In this document: positions 49,400 to 62,812 of the stretch, piece by piece
Position numbering within the stretch: position 1 is the first letter of the stretch
Layout of the letters: every line of letters starts with the position of its first letter
DNA from: Mobula birostris
Lineage: Eukaryota
DNA: 64,000 nt
NCBI RefSeq assembly: GCF_030028105.1
Contig: NC_092374.1
Coordinates: 174,988,057 to 175,052,056 of the forward strand
Direction of reading: 5' to 3'
Translations under genes and position numbers: made by a program
The notes under the pieces: generated by a model
What the model saw: only the letters and a program-made list of their open reading frames with translations
What the model was told of the DNA's origin: nothing
Databases searched by the model: none

Positions 49400-50500
49400 T
49401 GCTGCAGAACAGTATTGGGCAACCAACCAGAAAAGTCCCCATTTATTCACACTCTCTGCCTCCTGCCAGTCAGCCAGTCATCTATCCACGCTAGCTCCTC
49501 TCCTGTAATACCACGGGCTCGTATCTTGCTAAGCAGCCTCGTGTGAGGCATCTTGTCAAAGACTTTCCGAAAATTTAGGTGAACAATATCCACCCTCGAC
49601 TCTCCTTTGTCTATCCTTCCTGTTATTTCCTCAAAGAATTTCAACACATTTGTCAGGCTAAAAGACAATATCACATATTCCCCTCGAGGAGTTTACAACC
49701 TGAGGGTATGAACATTCAGTTCCCCAGTTTCAAGTAACCTATCCCCTGTCCCTTTCTGTCTCTTTCTGCTCAAATCAGACTACCTCACACAAACCTTTCT
49801 ATCCGAATGCCTCAAAGAGTCCCCGACCACTGAGCTTTTCCCCACTCCCGCACTCCCCCACACTCTCCATCAGCTCATCACCAGCACATCCTTCCCACTG
49901 GGTGCTCTCCCCCCACTGTTCCCATATGCCCTCCCCAGCAAATAGTTGGTATCTGATGAAGAGGTTTGCACCTTCTTCAACTCACAGGTTAGGTACTGGA
50001 AAAGTGGGGGATGACTCGTGTTGTCCTCTTGTTTAAAATGGGCCACCTTAGAAGCCAGGAAAATACAGACCGTGAGCCTTCCATCAGTGCTGGAGAAGGC
50101 GCTGAGGGGCAGAATTTAAGTTCACATGGAAAGGCAGGGACTGATGAGAAGTCAGCATGGCTTTAAGAAAAGGAGATTATGTATCACTGATCCAATCTGT
50201 TTCATTTTTGATGCACTTTATGAGAGAATTGATGAAGGTAAACTGGTTCACATGATTTACATGGATCAGTAAACTTTTTGAGAAGATCCTGCACGGTAAG
50301 CTGCTCGAGAGGCTCAGGATCTGAGTTGTATTGGTGAACTGGGTGTAGAGTTTGGTCTGGTGGTCGGAGGCAGAGCGTGGTGGTGGATGGGTGTTTATCT
50401 GATTGAGTCTATAACAATGTAGCACAGGGTTCATTGCTGGGACCTTTGTTGTTTGTAAAATACCTCAATAGCACAGTATTTGGTGCAGTTACAGACAATA
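49400..50500. mobile_element. CR1 fragments in both orientations
   Basis: LTNVLKFFEEITGRIDKGE..VDIVHLNFRKVFDKMPH (minus strand) and QHGF..RRL (plus strand). Confidence 0.65.
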
Positions 50501-51269
50501 AGGAAGGTCATCTAAGGATCGAGGTGTATGGGGTGTCTAGGGAGGGGTAGCACTTCTGTTGGGGGGGGCCTGCCGTGCCCTTTTTCAGGGCAGCTCGTCC
50601 ACCTTTTGACCCCACCGGGCACTCAGCTCTCACCTGTGGCTCCAAGCAGCTGTACCACGTGCAGCAGCCACACCCCAGTAAACCGTCTTGGCAGACAGGC
50701 CAAACCAGATGAGGGTAGCCGAGGGGTCTTCGACCCTTGGTGAGGTAGGGGATCTGACTGTCCCAGCATGTGAAGTCTGGCCATGGCGGATTGAGCGGAA
50801 GAGACCAATTAATGGTCCAACGGTCAAGACTTTTGAAGAAGAGGAGTGCGGTCGGTAATACCGTTCCGGCTGACCCGAAGTGCACTGAGAGCCGTAAGCG
50901 TGAAGGATTGGGGTGCTTTCTGTTCTGGCTAACAATGGATGGTGCAATCCAGGGTATACTACGATCGAGGAACATATTTGCAGACTGGATATTGAACTTT
51001 TTACTGTTGGACTTCGGCCACATTCCACCGTGATACAACACTGGGTGTCATGGGAGGTTGTTCCTGCCTGTGACCATTGAATGTGCAGCTCCTCCCATGG
51101 AGGGTCAGACACCCTGAGCCAATAGACTGGTCCTGGACTTATTTTCCATCTGGCATAGTTTGCATTTTGTTGTTTGATTGTTGGTGGTTTTTGTATTGCT
51201 ATACTTATGCTCTATTCTTGGTTGGTGTGGCTGTAACGAAACCAAATTTCCCTTGGGATTATTAAAGTA

Positions 51270-51298
51270 TATCTATCTATCTATCTATCTATCTATCT
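51270..51298. repeat. (TATC)n microsatellite
   Basis: About 7 tatc units. Confidence 0.9.
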
Positions 51299-51499
51299 AA
51301 GAAGGCAGGCCAGCAGGCATTTGTGGAGCTAAGAGCACGACAAGGCTCTTAGACGTCCTAGTCATCCACTGCAAGAGCTGGTGATCTCTTTAAACTCACC
51401 TGGCAGAAGGCAAAGGCAAGCCACTGCTGGAACTTGCCAAGTACATGATTTCCCAATATGTCAGAGCGGTGTGGAGGGAAATCGTCCGCCAACTGGAAA

Positions 51500-54400
51500 C
51501 TCCAGATGTGACCTTACGACGACGACATCTAAGGATCAAGAAACATCAAGGATTAGAGCGAGAGTCAAGGATCATAGACAAGTGTGTTCCCACAAAATCA
51601 TTCAGAGTCTTCACCAACCAGGAGCCCTGGATGAACTATGAGAGCCACAATCTGCTGAGGACCAGATCAGTTAAGTGACTATGTTAAATACATACGATCC
51701 CTGGAAAACAGGGTTGGGGTAGTCCAGGCATGGTAGTGCGTGCCAAGTGGCAATTCTGGACAAAACTTGAATCACAGAAGGATGCTCGTCAGTTGTAGCA
51801 GGGTTACCACCACGTACAAAGTGAAATCAAGTGACATAGGTGACAACGAAGTTTCGCTCCCAGATGAGCTCAATGCCTTCTATGCTCGCATTGAGCAGCA
51901 AAACATGGAGACATCATCATGACATCCCACGGCCCCCAGTGATTCTGTGATTTCGGTCTCTGTGCTGACATGAAAGCATCTTTCAGGTGGGTGAACCCAC
52001 AGAAGCATCCAGCCCTGGCTGAGTAGTGAAGTCCTGGACTGATCAACTGGCTGAAGTATTCACTTATAATGTTAACCTCTTGTTTCTTGAGGTTACCGCC
52101 TGCTTCAAGCAGGCTACAATTATACCAGTGCCTAAGAAAAACACGGTAACCTGCTTCAATGACATCCACTGTGATGAACTGCTTTGAGATGTTGGTGATG
52201 AAACACATCAACTCCTGTCTGAGAAGTGACTTGTATCTGCTCCAATTTTCCCACCCTTGCAAGAGGTCAACAGCAGATACCATTTCATTGGCTCTTCACT
52301 CAATCCTGGAACATATGGACAACGGAGATGTATACATCAGGATGTCTTTTATTGACTTTAGCTTGGCATTCAATACTATCACCCACTCAAAACTAATCAA
52401 TATGCTTCAAGACCTAAGTCTTAATACCTCCTGTGCAACTGGATCCACTATTTCCTCAGTTGTAGACCCCAGTCAGTTCAGATTAGCAACATCTCCTCCA
52501 CAATCACTGTCAGCACAGGTGCACCACAAGGCTGTGTGCTCTACTCACTTTACACTTATGGACTGTGATGCTAAACACAGCTCCAATGCATTTTTAACTT
52601 TGGCGATAAAACCACTGTTGTTAGCCGAACCAAAGATGGTGACAAATCAGCATATAGGAGGGAGACTGAAAACCTAGCTGAGTAGTGCCACGACAACAAC
52701 CTCTCGATGTCAGCAAGATCATAGATCTGATTATTGGCTACAGCAGGAGGAGACCTGCGGTCCATGAGCCGGTCCTCATCAAGGAATCAGAGGTGGAAAG
52801 GCTCAGCAACTTCAAATTCCTCGGTGTTACCATTTCAGAGGATCTGTACTGAGTGCAGCACATCAGTACCATTGCAGATAAAGTATAGCAGCTCCTCTAC
52901 TTTCTTAGAAGTTTGCGAAGATTCGTCATGCCATCTAAAACTTCGACAAACTTCTGTAGGCGTGTGGTGGAGGAGTATATTGTTTGGTTATATCATGGCC
53001 TCGTATGAAAATACCAATGCCTTAAATGGAAAAGACTACAAAAATAGTGGATAAGGCCCAGTCCAACACAGTAAAACCCTCCCATTGATCACATCAACAT
53101 GGAGTGCTGTTACAGGAAAGCAGCATCCATCGGGAAGGACCCTCACCATCCAGTCCGTGCTCTCTTCTTGCTGCTGCTATCAGAAAGGAGGGTCAGGAGC
53201 CTCAGGGCCCACATCACCAGGTTCAGGAACAGTTACTTCCCCTCAACTCTCAGGCTCCCGAACCACCGGGCATAACCTCATTCACCCCATCACTGAACAC
53301 CTCCCACAACCGACGATTTTAATGCTCAGCCACTCTTCGTCTCATGTTCTTGATACTTATTGTTTATTATTATTATTTTATTTATTTATTTATTTTTTTA
53401 ATTTCAAAATATACTTTATTCAAAAATAAATATATACAATAAACCATTCAATAACTTTTCATCCTTTACATACGTTTCCATTATACTCAGTAAAATATCC
53501 GTGTTTATAGCCACCCACGTGGCACTCCAGTAGTTCAGCTTAGCATATCATTGTTGAGGGGTATACTCCTCACCCACCGACCCCTCCCACTCCCATGGGT
53601 GGAGAAACCTATACTGTGGTCCTTCCCCACCGGGCCCTTGCGGTGGCTGCACCAAGTTTCAGTGCGTCCCTCAGCACGTACTCCTCCAGCCGAGAATGTG
53701 CCAGTCGGCAGCATTCTCCCACGGACATCTCCATGTGCTGATAGATCATCAAGTTTCGGGCCGACCAAAGAGCGTCTTTCACCGAGTTGATGATCTGCCA
53801 GCAGCACCGGATGTTGGTCTCCGTGTGCGTCCCCGGGAACAGCCCGTAGATCAGAGAGTCCTCTGTTACGCAGCTGCTGGGGATAAAACGTGACACCAGC
53901 CCGTCCATCCTCCTCCACACCCTCTCTGCGAACTGACAGTGTACGAAGAGGTGGGTCACAGACTCCTCCTCACTGCAGTCCTCCCGTGGGCAGTGGGGTG
54001 CGGAGACGACGTTCCGGGCGTACAGGAGGGCTCTGACTGGGAGGGCCCTCTCACCGCCAGCCAGGCGAGGTCTTGGTGCCTGTTGGTGAGATCTGGCGAT
54101 GAGGCATTTTGCCAGATGAACTGGACAGTCTGCTCAGGGAACCACCCCACTGTGTCCATCACGTCCTTCTCCTGCAGTGCCTGCAGGACACTTCGTGCCG
54201 ACCACTGCCTGATGGCCTTGTGGTCAAAGGCGTTCTCCTGGAAGAACTTTGCTACGTGGGACAGGTATGCCGGCAACGACCAGCTGACTGGGGCGTTGCG
54301 CGGGAGTGGGGCCAGACCCATCCTTCGCAGCCAGGGCGACAGGTAGAACCTGGGCACATAGTGGTACTTGGTGCCCACATACCTGGGCTCTACACACAAC

Positions 54401-55675
54401 CTGATGCAGCCACATACGAAGCTGGCCATCAGGGTGAGGGCGACATTGGGGACGTTCTTGCCCCCGTTGTCCAGGGACTTGTGCATGGCGGTCCGTCTCA
54501 CCCGCTCCATCTTGGATCCCCAGACGAATCTGAAGACAGCCCGGGTGATTTCCGAGCTGTAGGAGCGGGGGACGGGCCAGACCTGCGCCAAGTACAGCAG
54601 CCCTGAGAGCACCTCACACCTGATGACCAGGTTCTTGCCCGTTATCGACAGGGAGCGCCCTCCCCACAGTCCCAGTTTCTGTTTCACCTTGGCAGTCCGC
54701 TCCTGCCAGTTCTTGTTGCACGCCTCAGCCCCTCCGAACCAGATCCCCAACACCTTCACGTGGTCAGACCTGATGGTGAAGGGGACGCTGGATCGGTCGG
54801 GCCAGTTGCCAAAGAGCATGGCTTCGCTCTTCGTGCGGTTGACCCTGGCCCCCGACGCTAGCTCGAACTGTTCGCAGGTGCCAATCAACCTGCGAACTGA
54901 CCTCGGATCAGAGCAGAAGACGGTGACGTCGTCCATGTACAGGGAGGATTTCACTTGGGTCCCTCCACTGCCTGGCAGCGTCACCCCTCTTATGCCCTCA
55001 TCCCTCCTGATGGCTTCCACAAAGGGTTCTATGCAGCAGACTAACAAGACAGGGGAGAGGGGGCAGCCCTGCCTGACTCCAGACCTGATGGGGAAGCTGT
55101 CTGTTTCCCACCCATTGACCTGGACTGCACTACGGATGTCTGTGTAGAGCAGTCTGATCCAATTCCGGATTCCCTCCCCAAATCCCATTTTGGAGAGCAC
55201 GTCCGCCATGTACGTGTGCGATATCCTGTCGAAGGCTTTCTCCTGGTCCAAGCTGACCAGGCAGGCGTCCACCCCCCTGTCCTGCACGTAGGCGTTGGTG
55301 TCCCTCAGCAGCGCGAGGCTGTCTGAGATCTTCCTGCCCGGTACAGCACAGGTTTGGTCTGGGTGGATCACCTGTCCCAGAGCAGACTTGACCCTGTTGG
55401 CGATAGCCTTGGACAGGATCTTGTAGTCCACATTCAGGAGAGAGATGGGTCTCCAATTCCTAATGTCCTCCCTTTCCCCCTTCTGCTTGTAGATTTTTCT
55501 CTTTTTGCATTTGCACAGTTTGTTGTCTTATGCAAATTGATTGTCCTTTTTGTTGGGTCTGGTTATTCATTGATTCTACTGTGCTTCTTTGTATTTGCTG
55601 TAAACGCCCACAAGAACATGAATCTCAGGGTTGTATATGCAGATATAAATTTACTTTGAATTTTGAACTTTGAAG
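51500..55675 (+). mobile_element. Rex1/Babar LINE whose 3' tail is split by the Tx1 insertion
   Basis: KSFRVFTNQEPWM; TSTVMNCFEMLVMKHI..STADTISLALHSILEHMD. The tail resumes at ~55494 (tttttctctttttgcatttgcacagtttg). Confidence 0.8.
53375..55493 (-). mobile_element. Tx1-clade (L1 group) non-LTR element, 5'-truncated, near-intact RT
   Basis: 491-aa ORF DYKILSKAIANRVK..DQTC.VPGR..SLDQEKAFDRISH..GVRQGCPLSP..YMDD; C-terminal ES.THLF..C knuckle in a second frame; A/T-rich 3' tail. Confidence 0.9.
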
Positions 55676-55899
55676 GAATGAATAAGTCAGATGGAAGATT
55701 GACCGGAGCTGAGGCAGACAGAATTTAATCGAATTAAGTGTGAGATAATGCACTGTGGGATGCCAGATTCTGTGAGCTGATCGGGAGTAAATGGCCCAGA
55801 TGGATCTCTCTCGTGGACTGGAGTATGCAAGTTTCTGTCAATGCAGTCTCCACTCACTCCGCCGTCCCCGGCAACAAATGATGCGAATTATAGCTCTGG

Positions 55900-56157
55900 C
55901 CCTGAATGAAAGGTTTCCAAGCGATTCGATTTGCTCCGCCTGGAGACCAATGACGCAAACAGGTATGAAGAGCAGGTACGAATCTCGATTGGGTCACGGT
56001 ATCGCGCGGACCAATCGACACGCAGACCGGGGATGAGCCCGCCCGGCGCCGGGCAGGATAGGAAGATCTTTCGGCGGCCGTGAGCCGAGTTGGATCGCAC
56101 CGTGCGCTGGCGGGGGACTGGGAAACTTGAGACGGTGCTGACAATGATAGAGTGACG
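55900..56157 (+). promoter_or_regulatory. Putative MHC class I gene B promoter
   Basis: CpG-rich; ccaatgacgca at 55947 (CRE/X2-like TGACGCA), attgg at 55988, cgcggaccaatc at ~56005-56016. Confidence 0.6.
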
Positions 56158-56206
56158 ATGCCGCGGCTACTACTGTTGGCCCTCCTTTGTGGAGGGGCCT
56201 CTGCAG
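56158..56206 (+). CDS. MHC class I gene B exon 1, signal peptide MPRLLLLALLCGGASA
   Basis: ATG, hydrophobic core, G|GTGGGT phase-1 donor. Confidence 0.85.
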
Positions 56207-57030
56207 GTGGGTGAGAAGTCAGCGGGGCACCCAGATCCCGGTCAGTGACAGGCTGGACACGGGGTCACATTCCCCCCGATAGGGTTTGAGCAGCTGGGGA
56301 GACGGTAACAGGCCCGGATCTGGGGTGAGGGTCCTATACCGCTCATCCTGAGCTCAGCGAGTTTCAGCTTGGGGGTGGGGGTGGGGGTGGGGGTGGGGTG
56401 GGAGTGGTTGGAATCCAGAAACTGCGCACGGGGTGAAGAGGGCGGGGAGAGGTGGAATAACCTCGGCACTTTCACTGACCTGGGCCGGAACAGTGTCACT
56501 GAACAAGTGGACAGTGGGACACCAGGGATCTGGTTAGCACTGGGGTTTGCGGGGTGGCATGGGAAGAGCCCATTCGGTCCCCTTTACAGTACTATGCACT
56601 TTTCTTGGGGACATATCTACAGCTGGGAAGCCTGAGACTCTTGCACAGTACTCTACCTGTTTAAGTGGAGTGGAGAACGAGTCTGTCAAACTGGCGAGAG
56701 CAGAGGCTGCTGGGAATGACGAGGGTGGAGCGCCGCGGGAGGGGTACGGGACAAGTGGCAGAGAAGGAGAGCCAGGGGCGGTGGGTGGTGCAAGTGCAGA
56801 CACACTCCGCCCTGAGACACCAGGCAAGGCCATTTGATTCCAAACAATTGGTTTCTTGATCACTACAGAATATCTATCTGTTTCTTCCTGCTCCCTCCGC
56901 TCTCCCTGCCCCTTTCACACTCTCAGTCCACAGTAGAGACCCATATCAGAATCAGGTTGATCATCACTCACATATGTCATGAAATTTGTTTTTTTCTTGC
57001 GGCAACAGTACAGTGCTATGCATAAAATCA

Positions 57031-57590
57031 CTATCTTCTTCTTCGTGTGCCTTGCGCGTTACACGCTCGGGGGATCATGGCTTTCCACACCGAACGATCC
57101 CACGCAGCGTCAATGATATCTCGCACACTTAGATCTGTTAGTTCTTTAACAGTGTCCATATATTTTCTTCTTTGCCTTCCTCTTTCGCGTTTCCCAGGCA
57201 TACGGCCTTGTAATGTAAGGCATTCCATTTCTCCCTTTCTGATGACATGGCCCAGGAATTTAAGTTTCCTCTCAGTTAATGTTCTCATTAAAGATCTTTT
57301 AGTATGGGCACTTTGGAGTACTATCGCATTAGTTACCCTATCTCTATATGATCTTTTCAGCATTCTTCTAAGAAACCACATTTCTGTTGTTTCTAAGTTT
57401 CTTTTGAGTTCTGGTGTTATAGACCATGTTTCGGAAGCACACAGCAAGATTGACCAGATGTAGCATTTCAGTAGCCTAAGCCTTGTTGTCATAGAAATGT
57501 GTCTGTTGGTAAAAATGGGTTTCATTTTTTGGAAGTTGGGATTAGCAATGGCAATTCTTCTTTTCATTTCTACTTTACTACGGTGCAAAA
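57031..57590 (-). mobile_element. RTE-clade LINE 3' end
   Basis: LRLLKCYIWSILLCASETW..EMWFLRRML..W.DRVTN..FLGHVIRK..G.RERGRQRR; (GAA)n tail. Confidence 0.85.
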
Positions 57591-58979
57591 CTCTTAGGCA
57601 CTCCAGCCATGTAAAGACTTTCGCACTGAACTGTGTTTGTGCTGGAGCACTGTGGCCTCCGGACACGTTAATGACTGAGACACGAGCGTGCAGGGGACAC
57701 TTACACAGCTTGGATGGCCAGGGGACAGAGAGAGGGTTCTTACTGGATAGTGTAAAGCAGCTTAACTGGGGTACAGGAGGTAAGGAGGTGAAGCATCCTG
57801 GCAGAGAGGAGAGAGGTTAAATGGTGGAACTGAGGTTGTGCAGACCAAAGGGAGCTGGTGTAAGTAGACAAAGTCCCAGCAGGTCAGGGCCTGTTACGGG
57901 CAGTTGTTGATATACTCCTGAGATTCACACAGAAAGGCACAGAGTACAAGATCATGGTGAAAAATGGCCAGGACTCAACTGGAACTGTGTCCAGACCTTG
58001 GAATGACGGGAGACAGTATGTGGGGTGTGCGGTGCTCCCAGGGATTTCAGCTGCAGGGTCGGGTGGGGGATACTGGGATGGTTTTCCCAGCCAGTATTAG
58101 TTGGGTAGAGAGATATCAAAGTTTGGGAGGTCAGTGACTCTCCCAAGCAGACCAGAGCAGCTGGTAGCCCACAGAAATGGGGGAAGTGTCTAGGATGTTA
58201 GCAGATCATCGTTTCCAACCACCATGGAGTACCATGGCCCCTGCAGACTCAGACTCCCCCTGACAAGCTCCCGCCCCTGAAAAGACCCTACCTCCATAGA
58301 ATCGAACCCCTGTCCACCTCCAACCTCTGCAGGGACCCGCCTGCTGTCCCTGCAGAATCCACTACCTGCACACCTCCCATCCTTGTGGAGATGCCAGATT
58401 CACAAAGACCACCTCCTGCCCCTACAGAGATCCTCCTGCTTACCTGCTGGGGAACTCCTGGCTGCCTGTTGTTAGCTAACAAAGTAAAGTGCTGAAATGA
58501 AGCCTTTGGCCCATCACAACTGTGCTGACCCATTTGTCCACATCATGCCTATATCCTTCTACACATTGCCTATCTAAGTGCCTCAAATGTAGTGTTTGCA
58601 CCTACCTACACCACCTTCTCTGGCAGCAAGTCTCAGATGTCACCCACTCTCGCCCAATCCCATTCTTAAATTCATGTCTGCATCCTCTTGGTTTGAATAG
58701 GGTCAAACACAGGGAAATGGGTCTATCCATTGGGCATTTTTGTTGGCATGGACAAGTGGGGCCAACTTGCCTATTTCGGTAATGTGTTGCTCTATGACAC
58801 AAGACACTTGCTTGATTCCAGTTTCCTTCACGTACCATATGCCAAGGGAACGTATTGAATGTCTTAGCCTAAAACATTGACTCTTTATTCCCTCCCATAG
58901 AAGCTCCATGACCTGCTGAGCTCCTCTAGTATTTTTGCGTGTGCGTCACTCTGGATTTCCAGCGTCTTCAGAATCACTT

Positions 58980-61500
58980 GTATTTATAAGTTCTTGCCAT
59001 ACGCCGCCTCTTTTCCATCTGATCAAAACGTCTGTCCTTCCTCATCCAAGGACGACTTGCTATCTTCGCCTTTCCTAAATGGCCCTGAACTAACTCCTTT
59101 TAAGATCCTCCCAATCGTCAGCTATTGTTTTACCTGCAAATATCTTCTCCCATCCTACCTTTGTCAGGTCTTTTCTTGCACCAGTGAAATTACTTTTCCA
59201 TCTGTTCAGGATCTTAACTTGGGAACCCTTCCTATAATTACCTTGGAATTTGCAGAATTATGGTCATTGTTCCCAAAGCATTCTCCCACGAACACTTCCA
59301 CCTCAGGCCTGATTTCATTTCCTGGGTACGCTAAATGTGCAGCATAGTCTCTGGCAGTGCTCTCCATGTATTGTATGAATAAACTATCTTGGATACACGT
59401 AACAAATTTCATTCCATCTAAGTTCTTTGCACTGAATTGATCTCACTCAATACTGGAGAATATAAAATCCCCACTACTATAACTCTAACACATTTCTGCA
59501 ACTCGCTTACATATCCATCCTAATTCAAATTTATGGAAGAGAGGCCTCTCATGTAATCCTAGCAAACTGACCACCCCTCTCTTATTCCTAAATTCTACAG
59601 ATATGGCTTCACTGGAAAATCTCTTCAGAATCTCCTCTGCAGTGACTTTCTCCTCAATAAGCAGTTCAACTGCCTCTCATCTTTGTCATTCCACTGTCAC
59701 ATCTGAAACTTCTTTACTTGGAAACTGTCCTTCCCACAACCACGTTTCCATGATTGCAATTACTGTCACACCACTACTGAGTTTCCCACTTCCAATCAAC
59801 TTAGTTTCAGCCCTCTTGAGTAGTGTAAGCAGTACTCTCTGCAAGGATATTGGTCCTCCTCCAGTTTAGGTGTAACCTGACCTTCTGGTACAGGTCCCAA
59901 CTGCCCTGGAAGGAATGCCTGTTATCCAGACAGCTAAGGCCCTCCCTCCTGCATTAATCCTTCATGGTTTTGAAGAGAAGGTACAGGGAATGGTTAATAG
60001 ATGATACTAATATAGCTAGTGCTGATGACTGTGAAGATCAGGATTTACAGAGAGATCTTGATCAATTGAGGAAGTGGGCCAAGGAATGGCAAATAGAGTT
60101 GAATTTGTTTAAGTACAAGGAGTTGCACTTTGGAAAGTCAAATAGAGTAGGAAGTTCCATGGGGTGTGTTGTAGAACAGAGGGATCTAGGAATACAAGTA
60201 CATGGTTCCCTGAAAGTGGTGTCACAGAGTGGTGAAGGTGGCTTTTGATATGCTGGGCTTCATCAGGCCTAGAAGTTGAGATGTTATATTGCAGCCTCAC
60301 CAACATATTGAATGACTGCACCTGGAATATTGTGTTCAGTTTTAGTCACTATACAATTGGAAAGATGCTCTTAAACTGGAAAGAGTTCAGGGGAGATTCA
60401 TGAGGATGTTGCTAGGTCTCGAGGGTCTGAGTAGGTTAGGACTTATTTTCGTTGGAGCACAGGCAAATGAGGGGTGATCTTGTAGAGGTATATGTAGTCT
60501 TAAGGGGCACAGACAGAGTGGATGTACAGTCTGTTTCCCACGATTGGAGAATCAAGAACCAGAGGATATAGAGAGAAGAGATTTATTAGGAACCTGAGGG
60601 TGATCAGTATATGAGGAATGAGCTGCCAGTAGAGGTGGCTGAGGCAAGTGAATTAATGACATTCAAACAGACTTGGACAGGTTTAGAGGGATAAATGGGA
60701 CTGGCTTGGACGGGAATCTGGTCAGTATGGACCAGTTAAGCTGCAGTGCCTGCTTTTGTGCTCTGACTGACTGTGCAGGCATATACTCATCTGTCCTGTC
60801 CTGGTCTCCACCCTCACAAGCACGATGCTCCAGGAGTAATCCTGAGATTACAGCCATAGAGTTCCTGCTTTTTACCTTCTCCTATCTCCCTAAAGGTCCT
60901 CTGCAGGAATTCACCCCTCTTTCTACCTGTAGCTTTAGTATCAACATTTATAATTACCTCTAGCTTTGCTCTCTCCCCCTTCAAACCTTTCAGTACGCAG
61001 TCCGAGAAATCACAGGCCCTGGCACCAGGGAGGCAGTACACCATCCTCGAGTCTCACTCTCAGCCACAAAACACCTTTACTTAACAAAATCCTTGTCACT
61101 ACTCTTCGCTGTAACTTTGTCCACCAATATCAGAGCCAACAATGATGCCACAATCTCGGCTGCTGTTACCACTTTCCTCTGAGGTATTTTCCCCAGCAGT
61201 GTCCGACATGGTTGAGAGGGCAGTGACCACAGGAGCTCCGAGTACTACTGGCCTGTCCTTATTGCCCTACCTAGTGGTCACCCACCTCCTCTTTCTGGAC
61301 CTGTGATGTTATCGACTCACTAACCAAACCTCCTATCACATTCTCTGCAGCCAGAATGCTTCATAATGAGTTGAGGTCTGCCCCGAGCAGTAGCTGGACC
61401 CGCTTTCTGCAGGGATAGTCAGTGGGATATTACAAAGTCTCTGATCTCCAATGTCCTGCAGGAGGTGCACACCACTGCCTTAGCCTCCATATCCTTTATC
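58980..61500. mobile_element. CR1 fragments (endonuclease, RT and ORF1 pieces, both strands)
   Basis: PEVEVFVGECFGNNDHNS (endonuclease, minus strand); QRDLDQLRKWAKEWQIELN..ELHFG (RT, plus strand). Confidence 0.65.
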
Positions 61501-61645
61501 CCTAGTCCTTCCATGTGGAGACAAAACACACAAAACCTCAAAGGTTCAACTTATTATCAAAGTACACACTCTGAAATTCTTCAATTCTCCGGGTAGCAAC
61601 GAAACCAAGAGAGAAAAGAAAGGCAGTACGATCGTCAGCCCCCAA

Positions 61646-61785
61646 GTCCCACCTCCCCACAAAGAAACAGGCACTTCAACCCTCAAATCCCACCTCCCCA
61701 CAAAGAAACAGGCACTTCAACCCTCAAATCCCACCTCCCCACAAAGAAACAGGCACTTCAACCCTCAAATCCCTCCTCCCACACA
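61646..61785. repeat. 41-bp tandem repeat, about 3.4 copies
   Basis: cctcaaatcccacctccccacaaagaaacaggcacttcaac at 61681 and 61722, with partial flanking copies. Confidence 0.9.
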
Positions 61786-62410
61786 AAAATATGAGCAAAA
61801 CAGATCAAGCACGTCGACCCCCAAATCCCTCCTCCCATGCAAAAAATGAACAAAGCGGATCAGGCACATCGACCCCGAAATCCTTCCTCCCGTACAAAAA
61901 AAAACAGCAAAATGGATCAGGCATGCCGACCCTCAAATCCCCCTCCCCCACAAAACGACGAGAAGATCAGAGATTAGTCCAAAGTCCAAATCCAAAGAGC
62001 ACAGAGAAACCTGGACAATACTCTTCTGGGCCGGACACAGGAGCAAGCCTTTCCCTCTCAGGTACAGAGTAACCGATCAAAAGACAGGCAGCTGGCGCTC
62101 ACCCTCTGGTCTCGCTTCTGTGCTTCAATCGCCCTCACAGACCTCAGAGAGACAGAGAGTGACTTAACCCATCCGGCCCTGCTGAACATGTCGTGTTCCA
62201 TGGACCCCACAACTCAGGTCATCCAGGAAACTGCAGCTGTCTCCAGTTGGGACTCACATGGCTCCTTGGGCGAGGGGTCAGTCGTGATGGAGACCCTGAT
62301 TTACTCGGGGGTTCAGAGTTGTACCACGGGTCCCCCCCCCCCAGTTTTTCGGACCCTGATCATGGGGTTCGGGGTCTCGAGGCCTCCCTGACTCTCTGCT
62401 CCAATTCCAG

Positions 62411-62671
62411 GCTCTCACTCTCTCCGTTATTTCTACACGGCGGTGACCCCGGTGCCAGAGGTCCCCGAGTTTGTGGTGGTCGGGTACGTGGACGAGGAGC
62501 AGATTGTTTACCACGACAGTGTGCTGGGGCAGACGGTGCCCCGGCGGGGGTGGATGGCGGAGAGCCAGGACCCCGACTACTGGGAGCGTGAGACGCAGAA
62601 CCTGCGGGGCAACGAGCCGGGCTTCAAGGCTGACATCCAGACACTGCAGAAGCGAACCAACCAGACGGGCG
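62411..62671 (+). CDS. MHC class I gene B alpha1 exon
   Basis: GSHSLRYFYTAVTPVPEVPEFVVVGYVDEEQIVYHDSVLGQTVPRRGWMAESQDPDYWERETQNLRGNEPGFKADIQTLQKRTNQTG; 261 nt, AG/GT flanked. Confidence 0.95.
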
Positions 62672-62812
62672 GTGAGTGGGACACCAGGTGGGGGCAGAGT
62701 GGGTGTGGAGATGTGTCAGGTGGCGGATGAGCGAGGGAGGAACAGCACTTGTGGGAAAAGGGGACGGTTCCCACCCCACTCTCAGCCCACACTGATGGAC
62801 GGTGTGTTCCAG

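Noticed and set aside
50500-51060. GC-rich block with several overlapping ORFs
   Set aside because: Resembles a repeat 5' leader (possibly RTE-related). I cannot assign a family or coding function from sequence alone.
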